Below, one piece after another: positions 17,999 to 27,746 of a DNA stretch of 64,000 nucleotides. The position numbers and the translations under genes are program-made. This DNA comes from an uncultured Dehalococcoidales bacterium. Its GTDB lineage: Bacteria > Chloroflexota > Dehalococcoidia > Dehalococcoidales > BS750m-G39. Position 1 is the stretch's first letter. Every line of letters starts with the position of its first letter. The stretch is from NCBI GenBank assembly GCA_964408935.1, contig CAYPBF010000002.1, positions 20,316 to 84,315 of the forward strand. Direction: 5' to 3'. Under the pieces are notes generated by a model. That model saw only the letters and a program-made list of their open reading frames with translations. It searched no databases and was not told the origin of the DNA.

Positions 17999-19687
17999 CT
18001 ACACCTTGACCATAACCGGCAGAATCATGGGTCGGCGCTTGGTCTGGTCGTAGTAGTATTTATTGAGTATGTCCCTGACCTTGGTGTTAAAATAGCCCCA
18101 GTCGGTGGAACGGCCGCTGCTGTGGTCGAAAGCCTTGGCCACCAGGTCACGGCTCTCCTCAATCATATCTTTGGATTCCCTGGTATCGACAAAGCCGCGG
18201 GAAACGATATCGGGCCTCCCCACCAGCTTGCCCGACTGGCGGTTGGTGGCGATAATCACCACCACGATGCCGTCACGGGAGAGCATGCGGCGGTTACGCA
18301 GCACGACGCTGCCGATGTCGCCCACACTCAGGCCGTCCACATAGACGTTGCCCGAGCTGACCTTGCCCGTCACCTTGCCCCCGTTGGGGCCTAATTCTAG
18401 GATATCGCCGTCTTCGAGCACAAAGATATTCGACTCGGGAATGCCCACCGACTCGGCCAGCTGGGCGTGCAGGCTCAGGTGGCGGTATTCGCCGTGGACG
18501 GGGACAAAGTAGCGGGGCCTGACCAGGTTGAGCAAAAGTTTAAGCTCTTCCTGGCTGCCGTGCCCGTGAACGTGCACATTGGCCACCTTGTTGTAGAGCA
18601 CCTGCGCTCCCTGCTTGAAGAGGGTGTCCACGGTGCGGTTAATCAGGGCTTCGTTACCCGGCACCGCCGTCGCTGAGAGGACAACAGTGTCCCCCTTGAT
18701 GATATGGACGTGGCGGTGGTCTTTATTGGCGATGCGCACCAGGGCCGAGGTCGGCTCGCCCTGGCTGCCCGTGGTCACCAGGACCACTTTTTCAGGCGGC
18801 ATTTTCCTAAGCTGGTCGATGTTGGCCAGTATGCCGTTGGGCGCCTTGAGGTAGCCCAGCTCCAGCGTCATCTTGACGATATCGGTCATGCTGCGCCCGA
18901 CGACGAAGACCCTTCGTCCGTGGCGGGCGGCGGCATCGATGACCTGCTGGATACGCGACACCAGCGAGGAGAAGGTGGTTACGATGACCCTCCCCGGTGC
19001 CTGGGCCATAACCCGGTCCAGCGTTTCCCCCACTATCCTCTCCGACGGGGTATATCCGGGCAGCTCGGAGTAGGTGGAGTCGGAGAGGAGTAGCAGTACT
19101 CCCTGCGACCCCAACTGCGCTAAGCGCGAAAGGTCGGTGGGTTTGCCGTGAACGGGGGTATAGTCCAGCTTGAAGTCCCCGCTGTGGACGATGGTGCCCA
19201 CCGGGGTGTGGATAATCAGTCCGGCGGCGTCGGGTATGCTGTGGCAGACGGGGAAGAACTCTACCTTGAATCGCCCCAGCGATATCGGCTGGCCGTAGTT
19301 TACCGTTTTGAGCTTGGCCCCCTCCAGCGCCTTCCTCTCCTTCAGCTTTACCTCTATCATACCGTGGGGCAGCTTAGTGGAATAGACGGGCACATCGAGC
19401 TGGGGCAGGATATAGGGCAAGCCACCGATATGGTCTTCATGGCCGTGGGTAATAACGATGCCCCTCACCTTTTCCTTGTTCTCCAGCAGGTAGCTGATGT
19501 CGGGTATGACCAGGTCGATGCCCAGCATCTCCTCCCCGGGGAACATAAGACCGGCATCGATAATCATGATGTCGTTCTCGTATTCCAACGCCATCATGTT
19601 CTTGCCGATTTCGGATAACCCCCCCAGGGGGATTATCTTCAGCTTTGATTTAGATTTATTCCTTGGCTTTCTCAATTTTGGTTTCAC
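17999..19687 (-). CDS. rnj: Ribonuclease J
   Basis: IPLGGLSEIGKNM, THGHEDHIG, HSIPD, HVHGHG, PVHGEYRH. Confidence 0.97.
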   Translation of the reverse strand: MKPKLRKPRNKSKSKLKIIPLGGLSEIGKNMMALEYENDIMIIDAGLMFPGEEMLGIDLVIPDISYLLENKEKVRGIVITHGHEDHIGGLPYILPQLDVPVYSTKLPHGMIEVKLKERKALEGAKLKTVNYGQPISLGRFKVEFFPVCHSIPDAAGLIIHTPVGTIVHSGDFKLDYTPVHGKPTDLSRLAQLGSQGVLLLLSDSTYSELPGYTPSERIVGETLDRVMAQAPGRVIVTTFSSLVSRIQQVIDAAARHGRRVFVVGRSMTDIVKMTLELGYLKAPNGILANIDQLRKMPPEKVVLVTTGSQGEPTSALVRIANKDHRHVHIIKGDTVVLSATAVPGNEALINRTVDTLFKQGAQVLYNKVANVHVHGHGSQEELKLLLNLVRPRYFVPVHGEYRHLSLHAQLAESVGIPESNIFVLEDGDILELGPNGGKVTGKVSSGNVYVDGLSVGDIGSVVLRNRRMLSRDGIVVVIIATNRQSGKLVGRPDIVSRGFVDTRESKDMIEESRDLVAKAFDHSSGRSTDWGYFNTKVRDILNKYYYDQTKRRPMILPVMVKV

Positions 19688-20281
19688 CTAGAACATGGTT
19701 AACTGCTCTGGTGGTTTTTCCTCCTTAATTGTCTCTGACTGGTTAAGCAGTGTCGGTATCTTGAGCATATCCGCCTCTATCTCCTGGCGCAGGCTGCCTT
19801 GATGTAAGGCCGCCGCGGGGTGATACATAGCGTAATAGAGGACATCGTCCCGCTTCTGGCAGGTGCCGTGAATCTTGCTGATGCTCTTACCAGGGAAGAA
19901 CATGGCCATGGAGTAACGCCCTAGAGTCACAATCATCTTGGGACTGATGATCTCAATCTGGCGTTCCAGCCAGGCGCGGCAATTCTGGATTTCCATGGGT
20001 AAGGGGTCTCGGTTCCCCTGAGGACGGCACTTTATCACGTTGGCGATGTAAACCTGTGCCCGATTCAGTCCGATGGTCGCTAGCAGTTCGTCGAGGTATT
20101 TCCCCGCCGGCCCCACGAAAGGTCGCCCCTGCTGGTCTTCGTGCCAGCCTGGCGCCTCACCAATAAACATGATATCGGCAGCCTCCGCCCCTTCTCCAGG
20201 CACCACCCTATTTCGATATTTAGCTATTTCACACTGCTGGCAAAGCGCTATTTCTTTATTTAGCTCACTGAGAGCCGACAT
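19688..20281 (-). CDS. Uracil-DNA glycosylase family 4 (Fe-S)
   Basis: CxxC, GEAPG, RPFVGPAG, NVIKCRP, YHPAAAL; start reset to ATG 20281 (GGAG RBS). Confidence 0.93.
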   Translation of the reverse strand: MSALSELNKEIALCQQCEIAKYRNRVVPGEGAEAADIMFIGEAPGWHEDQQGRPFVGPAGKYLDELLATIGLNRAQVYIANVIKCRPQGNRDPLPMEIQNCRAWLERQIEIISPKMIVTLGRYSMAMFFPGKSISKIHGTCQKRDDVLYYAMYHPAAALHQGSLRQEIEADMLKIPTLLNQSETIKEEKPPEQLTMF

Positions 20282-20369
20282 ACTTCTCCAGCCTTTTAAA
20301 TATGATAGCACGGGCAATATGTCAAGTCAATTGAGAATTTGGGGGCGGGGTAGGAAGCCGAATTTATGT

Positions 20370-20696
20370 TTATCCCTTCCCTTTATTACGTTTAGCCAGT
20401 TTAAGCCCCGGTTTTTCAAGACAAGGAAGGCGATGTATGTAAAGTCCATGGGTAGAATTTTTTGTGAAAAATCCGTACCCTGCAGTATTCGGCCCGATAA
20501 AGAATGAGCAGTCTTTCTCGAATCTTGCTTGGGCTAAAAGTACATTCCCAAGGAATTCCAATGCCTCAGCCTCCCCTTCTATCAGGACCATATCTGCTTC
20601 CTCATCTTTAAAAACCTGAATTGCGATTTTCTTCATCCCTTTTTTTTCTGCATATTCAGCACATACCTTGTCCGGTATCATTTCAACGTCCTCCAT
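20370..20696 (-). CDS. Hypothetical protein (weak resemblance to Imm32-like immunity proteins)
   Basis: AT-rich ORF; VLIEGEAEALEFLGNVLLAQA pattern; family call tentative. Confidence 0.5.
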   Translation of the reverse strand: MEDVEMIPDKVCAEYAEKKGMKKIAIQVFKDEEADMVLIEGEAEALEFLGNVLLAQARFEKDCSFFIGPNTAGYGFFTKNSTHGLYIHRLPCLEKPGLKLAKRNKGKG

Positions 20697-20697
20697 T

Positions 20698-21021
20698 CTA
20701 ATTACTCATAATGGGCTTCTTACGTTTCTGCCAAACGTACAGATACCAATAGACGGGATAGACTACGAGATTGCCAAATAACAATAATGCCGCCCAGAGG
20801 TGTCTCTGATCCTTTTTAACCTTTTTGCCCCTGTAAACATGAACTATATAGAATATCAACAGACCTGGGAACGCAAGAAATGTTAACACACCCAATATTA
20901 TAAAAAGTGGATTTGTCGTTTTTTCACCAAGTCCAACTATTGTGGCTCCTAATGTGAAGGTAATATAGGGTAATAGTCCGAATATCAATAAAGCAATCTT
21001 TGCTGCTCTTCTCATCAACAT
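20698..21021 (-). CDS. Membrane protein with PLDc_N-like C-terminal hairpin
   Basis: GAGGAG RBS before ATG 21021; IFYIVHVY...KDQRHLWAALLLFGNLVVYPVYWYL. Confidence 0.6.
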   Translation of the reverse strand: MLMRRAAKIALLIFGLLPYITFTLGATIVGLGEKTTNPLFIILGVLTFLAFPGLLIFYIVHVYRGKKVKKDQRHLWAALLLFGNLVVYPVYWYLYVWQKRKKPIMSN

Positions 21022-21052
21022 GATTACTCCTCTATCCAACCCCCTCGGCGAG

Positions 21053-21643
21053 CTACTCAACCTGCTCAATCATTGATTCAACAATCCTCCTAGCCTCATC
21101 CCTGTCACATCCAAAGACATCAACATCAAAATGCACACCATTTCGGTTCCACGAATAGCTCAGCCCTTGCTCATATTCGTCATCACCAGAAGGATAGATT
21201 ACAAAAGCGCCAGTCTCCTCTTCTAAAACTTTAATCCCGGCAATGTTCAGATACGTGCTGGATTCTGATGAGGGATACTGAGTAACCTCCGAGTTTAGTT
21301 CATCAATATAGATCGATGGGCCTCCCTCATAATTTGCGAGGTATGTTACTCTAATTAATATTTCGTCCTCGGGACACGTTCCTCTTATGGGGCCTTCGAT
21401 CATATACGGAATAGAGGGAACATCATCGGGTAAATACTTAGGCAGTATCAAGGTGAAAGGGATTTCTCCCTGTGCCTGTTCCGCGTCATTAGTGTGGAAA
21501 ATCTCTGGCGGATCTGTGAACCAGTAGTTCTCCCAATAAGTCTCCTCGCCGTTGCAGCCTGAAAAGAAAAGTGGCAAAGAAAGGCACACTATTACCAGGG
21601 TGCTTGCCAAAAGGGCTATTTTATTGTTTCTTCGGTGACTCAC
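21053..21643 (-). CDS. Lipoprotein, DUF4367-like
   Basis: Lipobox FSGC; IPFTLILPKYLP and YSW...DEARRIVESM patterns. Confidence 0.65.
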   Translation of the reverse strand: MSHRRNNKIALLASTLVIVCLSLPLFFSGCNGEETYWENYWFTDPPEIFHTNDAEQAQGEIPFTLILPKYLPDDVPSIPYMIEGPIRGTCPEDEILIRVTYLANYEGGPSIYIDELNSEVTQYPSSESSTYLNIAGIKVLEEETGAFVIYPSGDDEYEQGLSYSWNRNGVHFDVDVFGCDRDEARRIVESMIEQVE

Positions 21644-21704
21644 ATCTACATGATAGCACTACAGCCTTTATCTGGGAACAGGTGGGGCAACCCTAAAGAG
21701 GATA

Positions 21705-21774
21705 TATAAGGGGTACCCCCCTTATAGGGTGGGTATTGGGTGGGACAATCACACGTTCGCTAAACAAGGTGGGG
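21705..21774 (+). repeat. Hairpin + four-G-run dispersed repeat, copy 5
   Basis: TATAAGGGGTACCCCCCTTATA, GGGTGGGTATTGGGTGGG (21727-21744), tail CGCTAAACAAGGTGGGG. Confidence 0.8.
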
Positions 21775-21793
21775 TGGAGGCTATAACCCTTTA

Positions 21794-21822
21794 TTGACAC
21801 TCATTACCCGCAGTTGTAGACT
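21794..21822 (+). promoter_or_regulatory. Promoter of glyA
   Basis: TTGACA-N17-TAGACT. Confidence 0.65.
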
Positions 21823-21846
21823 TTATCAAAGCAGAAAGGAAAAGCC

Positions 21847-23091
21847 ATGGATTCTTTAGGAGAAGTTGACCCCGAAATCAGCCGCGTCATCGACAAGGAA
21901 GCCAAAAGACAAAAAGAGACCATCAACCTCATCGCCTCGGAAAACTACGCCAGCCGGGCGGTCTTGCAGGCCGAAGGCACCGTTCTTACCAACAAATACG
22001 CCGAAGGCTACCCCGGTAAGCGCTACTACGGCGGCTGCGATAACGCGGATATCGTGGAAGAGATAGCCAAGGAGCGAGCCCAGAAGCTCTTCCGTGCCGA
22101 CCACGCCAACGTCCAACCCCACAGCGGCTCTCAGGCCAACATGGCGGCCTACTTTGCCCTGCTTGAGCACGGCGACACTGTCCTGGCAATGAGCCTAGCC
22201 CATGGCGGGCACCTCACTCACGGCGATAAAGTCAGCTTTTCGGGCAAGACCTATAATTTCGTTCATTACGGCGTCAACCGCGAAACGGAGCGGATGGACT
22301 ACAAAGAGATTGAAAGGCTGGCCAAGAAGCATAAGCCCAAGCTGATTGTGACCGGGGCCAGCGCCTACCCCCGGATTATTGATTTCGAGCGCCTGCGAAA
22401 CATTGCCGACTCGGTGGGGGCCAAGCTCATGGTGGATATGGCCCACATCGCGGGGCTGATAGCGGTGGGCTTGCACCCCACCCCCATCCCCTACGCCGAG
22501 GTGGTAACCTCGACGACGCATAAGACCTTGCGCGGGCCAAGGAGCGGTTTCATCCTCTGCGGCCAAGACTACGCCGCCGCTATTGATGACGGCGTCTTCC
22601 CCCAGATGCAGGGCGGCCCCTTGGTACAGGTCATCGCCGCCAAGGCGGTCTGCTTCCACGAAGCGATGCAACCCGCCTTCACCGACTACCAGCGGGCGGT
22701 GCTCGATAACGCTAAAGAGCTGGCGGCAGGGCTGCAGCGGAACGGCCTGCGCCTAGTATCGGGCGGCACCGATAACCACATGGTGCTCGTCGACCTCACC
22801 GAAACGGGCGTCACCGGCAAACAGGCCGAAGAAACCCTGGGCGAGGTCGGCATCGTGGTCAACCGCAACGTCATACCCTTCGACCCCAAGCCACCCCGCA
22901 TCACCAGCGGCATACGCCTGGGCACCCCCGCCGTGACCACGCGCGGCTTCGGCAAAGAGGAGATGAAGAGGATTGCCGCCTGGATTATCGAAATAATCAG
23001 CCACATAGACGACGCCAAAGTGCAAAAGAAGGCAGCCGCAGAAGTAGCCGAGATGTGCGCGCGCTTCCCCGTGCCCGGCATTGATGATTAA
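21847..23091 (+). CDS. glyA: Serine hydroxymethyltransferase
   Basis: [40 protein letters not shown]. Confidence 0.98.
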   Translation: MDSLGEVDPEISRVIDKEAKRQKETINLIASENYASRAVLQAEGTVLTNKYAEGYPGKRYYGGCDNADIVEEIAKERAQKLFRADHANVQPHSGSQANMAAYFALLEHGDTVLAMSLAHGGHLTHGDKVSFSGKTYNFVHYGVNRETERMDYKEIERLAKKHKPKLIVTGASAYPRIIDFERLRNIADSVGAKLMVDMAHIAGLIAVGLHPTPIPYAEVVTSTTHKTLRGPRSGFILCGQDYAAAIDDGVFPQMQGGPLVQVIAAKAVCFHEAMQPAFTDYQRAVLDNAKELAAGLQRNGLRLVSGGTDNHMVLVDLTETGVTGKQAEETLGEVGIVVNRNVIPFDPKPPRITSGIRLGTPAVTTRGFGKEEMKRIAAWIIEIISHIDDAKVQKKAAAEVAEMCARFPVPGIDD

Positions 23092-23096
23092 GTAAG

Positions 23097-23378
23097 GTGG
23101 TGGCAATGGATAAAAGGAAAGACGTAACTATCGAAGTACCTCCCGCGAAGCTTGAATTAAAAACTTTCCCGCCCACCATAATTACTACTAAAAACTTCTG
23201 GCGATGGAATTGGAAATATATCGTACTAACATGGGCATCGATAGCAGCAATTGCGGTTATTGGATGTTTTTTACCACGGCCACTATGCCTGGTATTCAGC
23301 ATAGTGCTTGCTTTCATCCCTTTCTTCTTAGGTATCCGAGCGATTACAAGGCACACAATCAAAGAAATAACTAGTTAA
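23097..23378 (+). CDS. AT-rich small 2-TM hypothetical protein
   Basis: ORF directly after glyA; two hydrophobic segments. Confidence 0.55.
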   Translation: MVAMDKRKDVTIEVPPAKLELKTFPPTIITTKNFWRWNWKYIVLTWASIAAIAVIGCFLPRPLCLVFSIVLAFIPFFLGIRAITRHTIKEITS

Positions 23379-23384
23379 CCTCCC

Positions 23385-23451
23385 CCCACTCTTTTAGCGG
23401 ACGTATTGTCTTCCCACCCAATACCCTCCCTATAAAGGTTAGACCTCTATA
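23385..23451 (-). repeat. Hairpin + four-G-run dispersed repeat, copy 6
   Basis: Minus strand TATAGAGGTCTAACCTTTATAG, GGGAGGGTATTGGGTGGG (23413-23430), tail CGCTAAAAGAGTGGGG. Confidence 0.75.
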
Positions 23452-23466
23452 AACCCCTTATTTTTT

Positions 23467-23559
23467 GGGGGTGTTTAAGAGGGGGCTTTGCCCCCTCTTA
23501 GAAAGACTTCTGTTGGGCGGGACGGGTGGGAAAATCTCACCTTCGCACAACAAGGTGGG
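23467..23559 (+). repeat. Hairpin + four-G-run dispersed repeat, copy 7
   Basis: GGGGTGTTTAAGAGGGGGCTTTGCCCCCTCTTA, GGGCGGGACGGGTGGG (23515-23530), tail GCACAACAAGGTGGG. Confidence 0.8.
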
Positions 23560-23635
23560 ATGGTTCAAGGGGGTGAGCTAGATAAACAATAGTGCTATAA
23601 TGGGTTAAAGCCGTATTCGAGAGGAGACAACGAGT

Positions 23636-24589
23636 ATGGATGAGCTAAAGGTATTCACCGGTAATGCCCACCCCGAACTGGCCAAAGCGGTGGCGAAATA
23701 TCTCAAGATACCACTAGGCGAGTGCCAGGTCTCTACCTTCAGCAACGAAAACATCTTCGTCCGCATCCAGGAAAACGTCCGCCAGCGGGATACCTTTGTT
23801 ATTCAGCCAATATGCTCACCGGTAAACAACAACCTGGTCGAGCTGCTCATCATGCTCGACGCCTTGAAGAGAGCCTCGGCGGGACGTATCACCGCCGTCG
23901 TCCCCTACTACGGCTACGGACGCACCGATAAGAAAGACCAGCCCCGCGCACCGATAACGGCGCGACTGGTAGCCGATCTGCTCACCGTAGCGGGCGCCAA
24001 CCGCCTGCTCACGGTGGACCTGCACTCTGGCCAGATTCAGGGGTTTTTCAACATACCCGTCGACGAGCTGACCCCCCTCAAGCTTTTTGTCAAATACTTC
24101 AAAGAGAAAAAGCTCAAGAACCTGGTGGTGGTAGCCCCCGATATCGGCGCCGCCAAGCGGGCACGGGACCTGGCCAAGGGACTAGGCGCCTCGGTAGCGA
24201 TTGTAGAGAAGAAGCGCATCGGCAACACTGACCAGATTGATAAGGAGGAACCGATGAACGTCGTCGGCGAGGTGGAAGGCAAGGTGGCACTCACCGTCGA
24301 TGATGAGATTGCCACTGGCGGTTCCATGCTCAACGCCGTCGAGGAGTTGAAAAATCGTGGCGTAAAGGCCGAGAATATATACGCCTGCTGCACCCACCCT
24401 ATATTCTCCGGCCCGGCGGTCGAAGATCTAGCCGCCGCTGACATCAACGAGGTGGTGGCCACCGACACCGTTCCCGTACCTGGCGCAAAGAAACTGGATA
24501 AGATTATCGTCCTGCCCATAGCCCCCCTGCTGGGCGAAGCCATCCACCGCATCCACACCGGTCAGTCCGTCAGCGCCATGTTTGAATAG
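23636..24589 (+). CDS. prs: Ribose-phosphate diphosphokinase
   Basis: PYYGYGRTDKK, VDLHSGQIQGFF, VAPDIGA, VDDEIATGGS. Confidence 0.97.
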   Translation: MDELKVFTGNAHPELAKAVAKYLKIPLGECQVSTFSNENIFVRIQENVRQRDTFVIQPICSPVNNNLVELLIMLDALKRASAGRITAVVPYYGYGRTDKKDQPRAPITARLVADLLTVAGANRLLTVDLHSGQIQGFFNIPVDELTPLKLFVKYFKEKKLKNLVVVAPDIGAAKRARDLAKGLGASVAIVEKKRIGNTDQIDKEEPMNVVGEVEGKVALTVDDEIATGGSMLNAVEELKNRGVKAENIYACCTHPIFSGPAVEDLAAADINEVVATDTVPVPGAKKLDKIIVLPIAPLLGEAIHRIHTGQSVSAMFE

Positions 24590-24596
24590 AGGTAAC

Positions 24597-24827
24597 ATGT
24601 CCAAAGAGATAAAACTGGTCGAAGTATATAAGGCCTTCGGCGAAGCCGATGCCCTCATCATCAAGAGCTTGCTGGAGAGCCACGGCATACCCTCCATCCT
24701 CAAGTCTCACGCCGCGCCCTCCATACACGTATTTACCGTGGATGGGATGGGGGAATACAAGGTCATGGTCAGCGCATCAAAAGCCGAGGAAGCCAAGAGG
24801 TTAATCGGGGAAGAAGAAAGTGTTTAA
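24597..24827 (+). CDS. DUF2007 domain (putative signal-transducing) protein
   Basis: EADALIIKSLLESHGIPS...YKVMV...AEEAKRLI; GAGGT RBS. Confidence 0.8.
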   Translation: MSKEIKLVEVYKAFGEADALIIKSLLESHGIPSILKSHAAPSIHVFTVDGMGEYKVMVSASKAEEAKRLIGEEESV

Positions 24828-27474
24828 ATGGCTGGGCGGCGACTCCAACGAGAAAGAGCTGAAGCGCCTGCGACCCATAGTAGACAGCATCAACGAGCTC
24901 GAATCTGAGTTCAAGAAACTTAGCGACGAAAAGCTGCGCGCCAAGACCGACGAGTTCAAGGACAGGCTAAGCAAAGGCGAATCCCTGGACAAGCTCCTGC
25001 CCGAAGCCTTTGCCGCCGTCCGCGAAGCCGCCGGCCGCACCATCGGCCAGCGCCACTTCGACGTCCAGCTTATGGGCGGCATCGTCCTCCACCAGGGCAA
25101 AATCGCCGAGATGAAGACGGGCGAAGGTAAAACCCTGGTAGCCACCCTCCCCCTCTACCTGAACTCACTGACGGGCAAAGGCGTCCACCTGGTCACCGTT
25201 AATGACTACCTGGCGCGGCGCGACCCCTACTGGATGGGCCCCGTCTATCACGCTCTGGGGGTCAGCGTGGCCAGTATCTACCCAATGCAGAACCCCGACG
25301 AGCGCACCCCCACCCGCCTCTACGACCCCGAACACGATTCCGGGGACAACCGCTGGCCGCATTTCCGCGAAATCTCCCGCCAGGAAGCCTATCAGGCGGA
25401 CATCACCTACGGCGCCAGCAGCGAGTTCGGCTTCGATTATTTACGCGATAACATGGTCTCCGACCTGGCCAACTGTGTTCAGCGCCCGCTCAACTACGCC
25501 ATCGTCGACGAGGTAGACTACCTGCTTATCGACGAAGCCCGCACCCCGTTGATCATCAGTGCCCCCGACGTGGAAGCGGGCAAGAAATACCAGATTTTTG
25601 CCCGCCTCATTCCTTCCCTGAAAAAAGAGGATGACTACACCATGGACGAAAAATCGCGCGCCGTCAGCCTCACCGATGAGGGCATGACCAAAATGGAACG
25701 GATGCTCAAGCGCGAAGGGCTGCTCCAGGCCCCCAATTTGTATGACGCCGCCAACGCCGACCTGCACCGTTACCTGAGAAACGCCCTCACCGCCAGAGAG
25801 GCCTACAAACGCGACCACCAGTACGTGGTCAAAGACGGCCAGGTTATCATCGTCGACGAGTTCACTGGCCGACTTATGTACGGACGGCGCTACGCCGACG
25901 GCCTGCACCAGGCGATAGAGGCGAAGGAGCACGTCAAGGTGCAGCAGGAGAGCCGCACCTACGCCACTATCACCATCCAGAACTACTTCCGCATGTATGA
26001 GAAACTGGCGGGCATGACCGGCACCGCCCTCACCGAGGCTGAAGAGTTTCACAAGATATACAAGCTGGAGGTGGTCGTCATCCCCACCAACCGCGAAATG
26101 ATTCGCCAGGACCTCCCCGATTTTATCTATAAGAGCGAGGAGGCCAAGTTCAAGGCGGTGGTGCGTGACATTGAGCAATTGCATAAGGAAGGCCGCCCCT
26201 TGCTCATCGGCACGGTAGCCATCGAAACCTCGGAACACCTGAGCGACATGCTCAATAAACGCGGCATCAAACACAACGTACTCAACGCCAAGGAACACAC
26301 CCGAGAAGGCGAAATCATCGCCCAGGCGGGTAAACCCGGGGCGGTAACAGTGGCCACCAATATGGCCGGGCGCGGCGTCGATATTATTCTGGGCGGCAAC
26401 CCCGAAAGCAGGGACGGGAAGGAATGGCAAAAGGAACACGAGAAGGTGCTGGATATGGGTGGGCTGGCCATAATCGGCACCGAGCGCCACGAAGCGCGAC
26501 GTATTGATAATCAGCTCCGCGGCCGCGCCGGACGTCAGGGTGACCCCGGCAGCTCCCGCTTCTATCTATCCCTGGAAGACGATATCGTGCGCCGTTTCGG
26601 CGGCGACCGCCTCAAGACCGTTCTAGGCTGGGCGGGCATGGATGAGGAGAACCCCATCGAGAACAAGTGGGTCAGCCGCGCCATAGAACAAGCCCAAGTC
26701 AAGGTGGAGGGCTATCACTTCGATATCCGCAAACACCTGGTGGAATACGACGACGTGGTCAACAAGCACCGTGAGCTCATCTATGAGGAGCGCAAGAAAA
26801 TCCTAGAAGGCGCCGACCTTAAGTCCAACATACTGTCTATGGTTAAGGAAGAGCTGCAATCCCTGGTGGAAACGCATACCGCAGGCGGTTACGGCGACGG
26901 CTGGGATATCGAAAGCCTGGTCGGCGAACTGGCCACCTTCTTCCTCCTCCCCCCCGACCTGAACGCCGAAACCCTCTCCCAGATGAGCGCCGGCGAGATT
27001 AAAGACTCCCTCCTCGACCAAGCCGAAACCCTCTACGAGCAGAAAGAGAAAGATGTCGGCGCCGAAAACATGCGCATCATGGAAAGGTTGCTCCTGCTCC
27101 GCATCATCGACAGCCTCTGGGTGGAACACCTCACCGCTATGGAGCATATGCGCCAGGGCATCGGGCTGCAGGCAACGGCCCAGCGCGACCCCCTCGTCGC
27201 CTACAAGCGAGAGGGCCACACCATGTTCCAGACCCTCATGGCGGCCATCCAGCACGATATAGCCCACGTCATCTACCGCGCCAATATCACCAAAAAGGGC
27301 GAAACCCCTCAGGGCCAGACGGCCCAGCCGCCAACGCCGGTGGCAGCGGCGGCCCAGGCCCAGACCGGTGGAGAGTCCAGGAAACGGCTTAAGGTGAAGG
27401 GTAAGAAGGTGGGCCGCAACGACCCCTGCCCCTGTGGGTCGGGGAAGAAATACAAGCACTGTTGTGGGAGATGA
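24820..27474 (+). CDS. secA: Preprotein translocase subunit SecA
   Basis: MKTGEGKT, IVDEVD, ATNMAGRGVDI, QLRGRAGRQGDPG, SEC-C motif GRNDPCPCGSGKKYKHCC. Confidence 0.98.
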   Translation: MFKWLGGDSNEKELKRLRPIVDSINELESEFKKLSDEKLRAKTDEFKDRLSKGESLDKLLPEAFAAVREAAGRTIGQRHFDVQLMGGIVLHQGKIAEMKTGEGKTLVATLPLYLNSLTGKGVHLVTVNDYLARRDPYWMGPVYHALGVSVASIYPMQNPDERTPTRLYDPEHDSGDNRWPHFREISRQEAYQADITYGASSEFGFDYLRDNMVSDLANCVQRPLNYAIVDEVDYLLIDEARTPLIISAPDVEAGKKYQIFARLIPSLKKEDDYTMDEKSRAVSLTDEGMTKMERMLKREGLLQAPNLYDAANADLHRYLRNALTAREAYKRDHQYVVKDGQVIIVDEFTGRLMYGRRYADGLHQAIEAKEHVKVQQESRTYATITIQNYFRMYEKLAGMTGTALTEAEEFHKIYKLEVVVIPTNREMIRQDLPDFIYKSEEAKFKAVVRDIEQLHKEGRPLLIGTVAIETSEHLSDMLNKRGIKHNVLNAKEHTREGEIIAQAGKPGAVTVATNMAGRGVDIILGGNPESRDGKEWQKEHEKVLDMGGLAIIGTERHEARRIDNQLRGRAGRQGDPGSSRFYLSLEDDIVRRFGGDRLKTVLGWAGMDEENPIENKWVSRAIEQAQVKVEGYHFDIRKHLVEYDDVVNKHRELIYEERKKILEGADLKSNILSMVKEELQSLVETHTAGGYGDGWDIESLVGELATFFLLPPDLNAETLSQMSAGEIKDSLLDQAETLYEQKEKDVGAENMRIMERLLLLRIIDSLWVEHLTAMEHMRQGIGLQATAQRDPLVAYKREGHTMFQTLMAAIQHDIAHVIYRANITKKGETPQGQTAQPPTPVAAAAQAQTGGESRKRLKVKGKKVGRNDPCPCGSGKKYKHCCGR

Positions 27475-27740
27475 AAAATACAGGAATCGCCGCCATCTTT
27501 GACGACATCGCCGAAAGGCTCATGGCCAAAAAGGAGAACATCTTCAAAATCCGGGCCTACCAGAAGGTCGCCCGCGCCATCGAAGACCTGCCCGTGCCCG
27601 TTGAGCAGTTGGTTAAAGAAAACCGCCTCAATGAAATACCGGGGGCGGGGGAGGCCATCAGCAAAAAACTTACCGAGCTGGTGACCACAGGCAAACTGGA
27701 ATACTACGAAAAGCTGAAAAGCGAATCCTCCACAGAGTAG
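27471..27740 (+). CDS. Stand-alone DNA polymerase X N-terminal (8-kDa HhH/lyase) domain
   Basis: MKNTGIAAIFDDIAERL...ENIFKIRAYQKVARAI...IPGAGEAISKKL...TGKLEYYEKL; overlaps the secA stop (ATGA). Confidence 0.8.
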   Translation: MKNTGIAAIFDDIAERLMAKKENIFKIRAYQKVARAIEDLPVPVEQLVKENRLNEIPGAGEAISKKLTELVTTGKLEYYEKLKSESSTE

Positions 27741-27746
27741 AGACCC

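Noticed and set aside
21780-21846. ZTP (pfl) riboswitch upstream of glyA
   Set aside because: The promoter lies about 25 nt from the start codon, leaving no room, and no motif is present
25441-26490. 349-aa - strand ORF inside secA
   Set aside because: Antisense shadow ORF caused by codon bias
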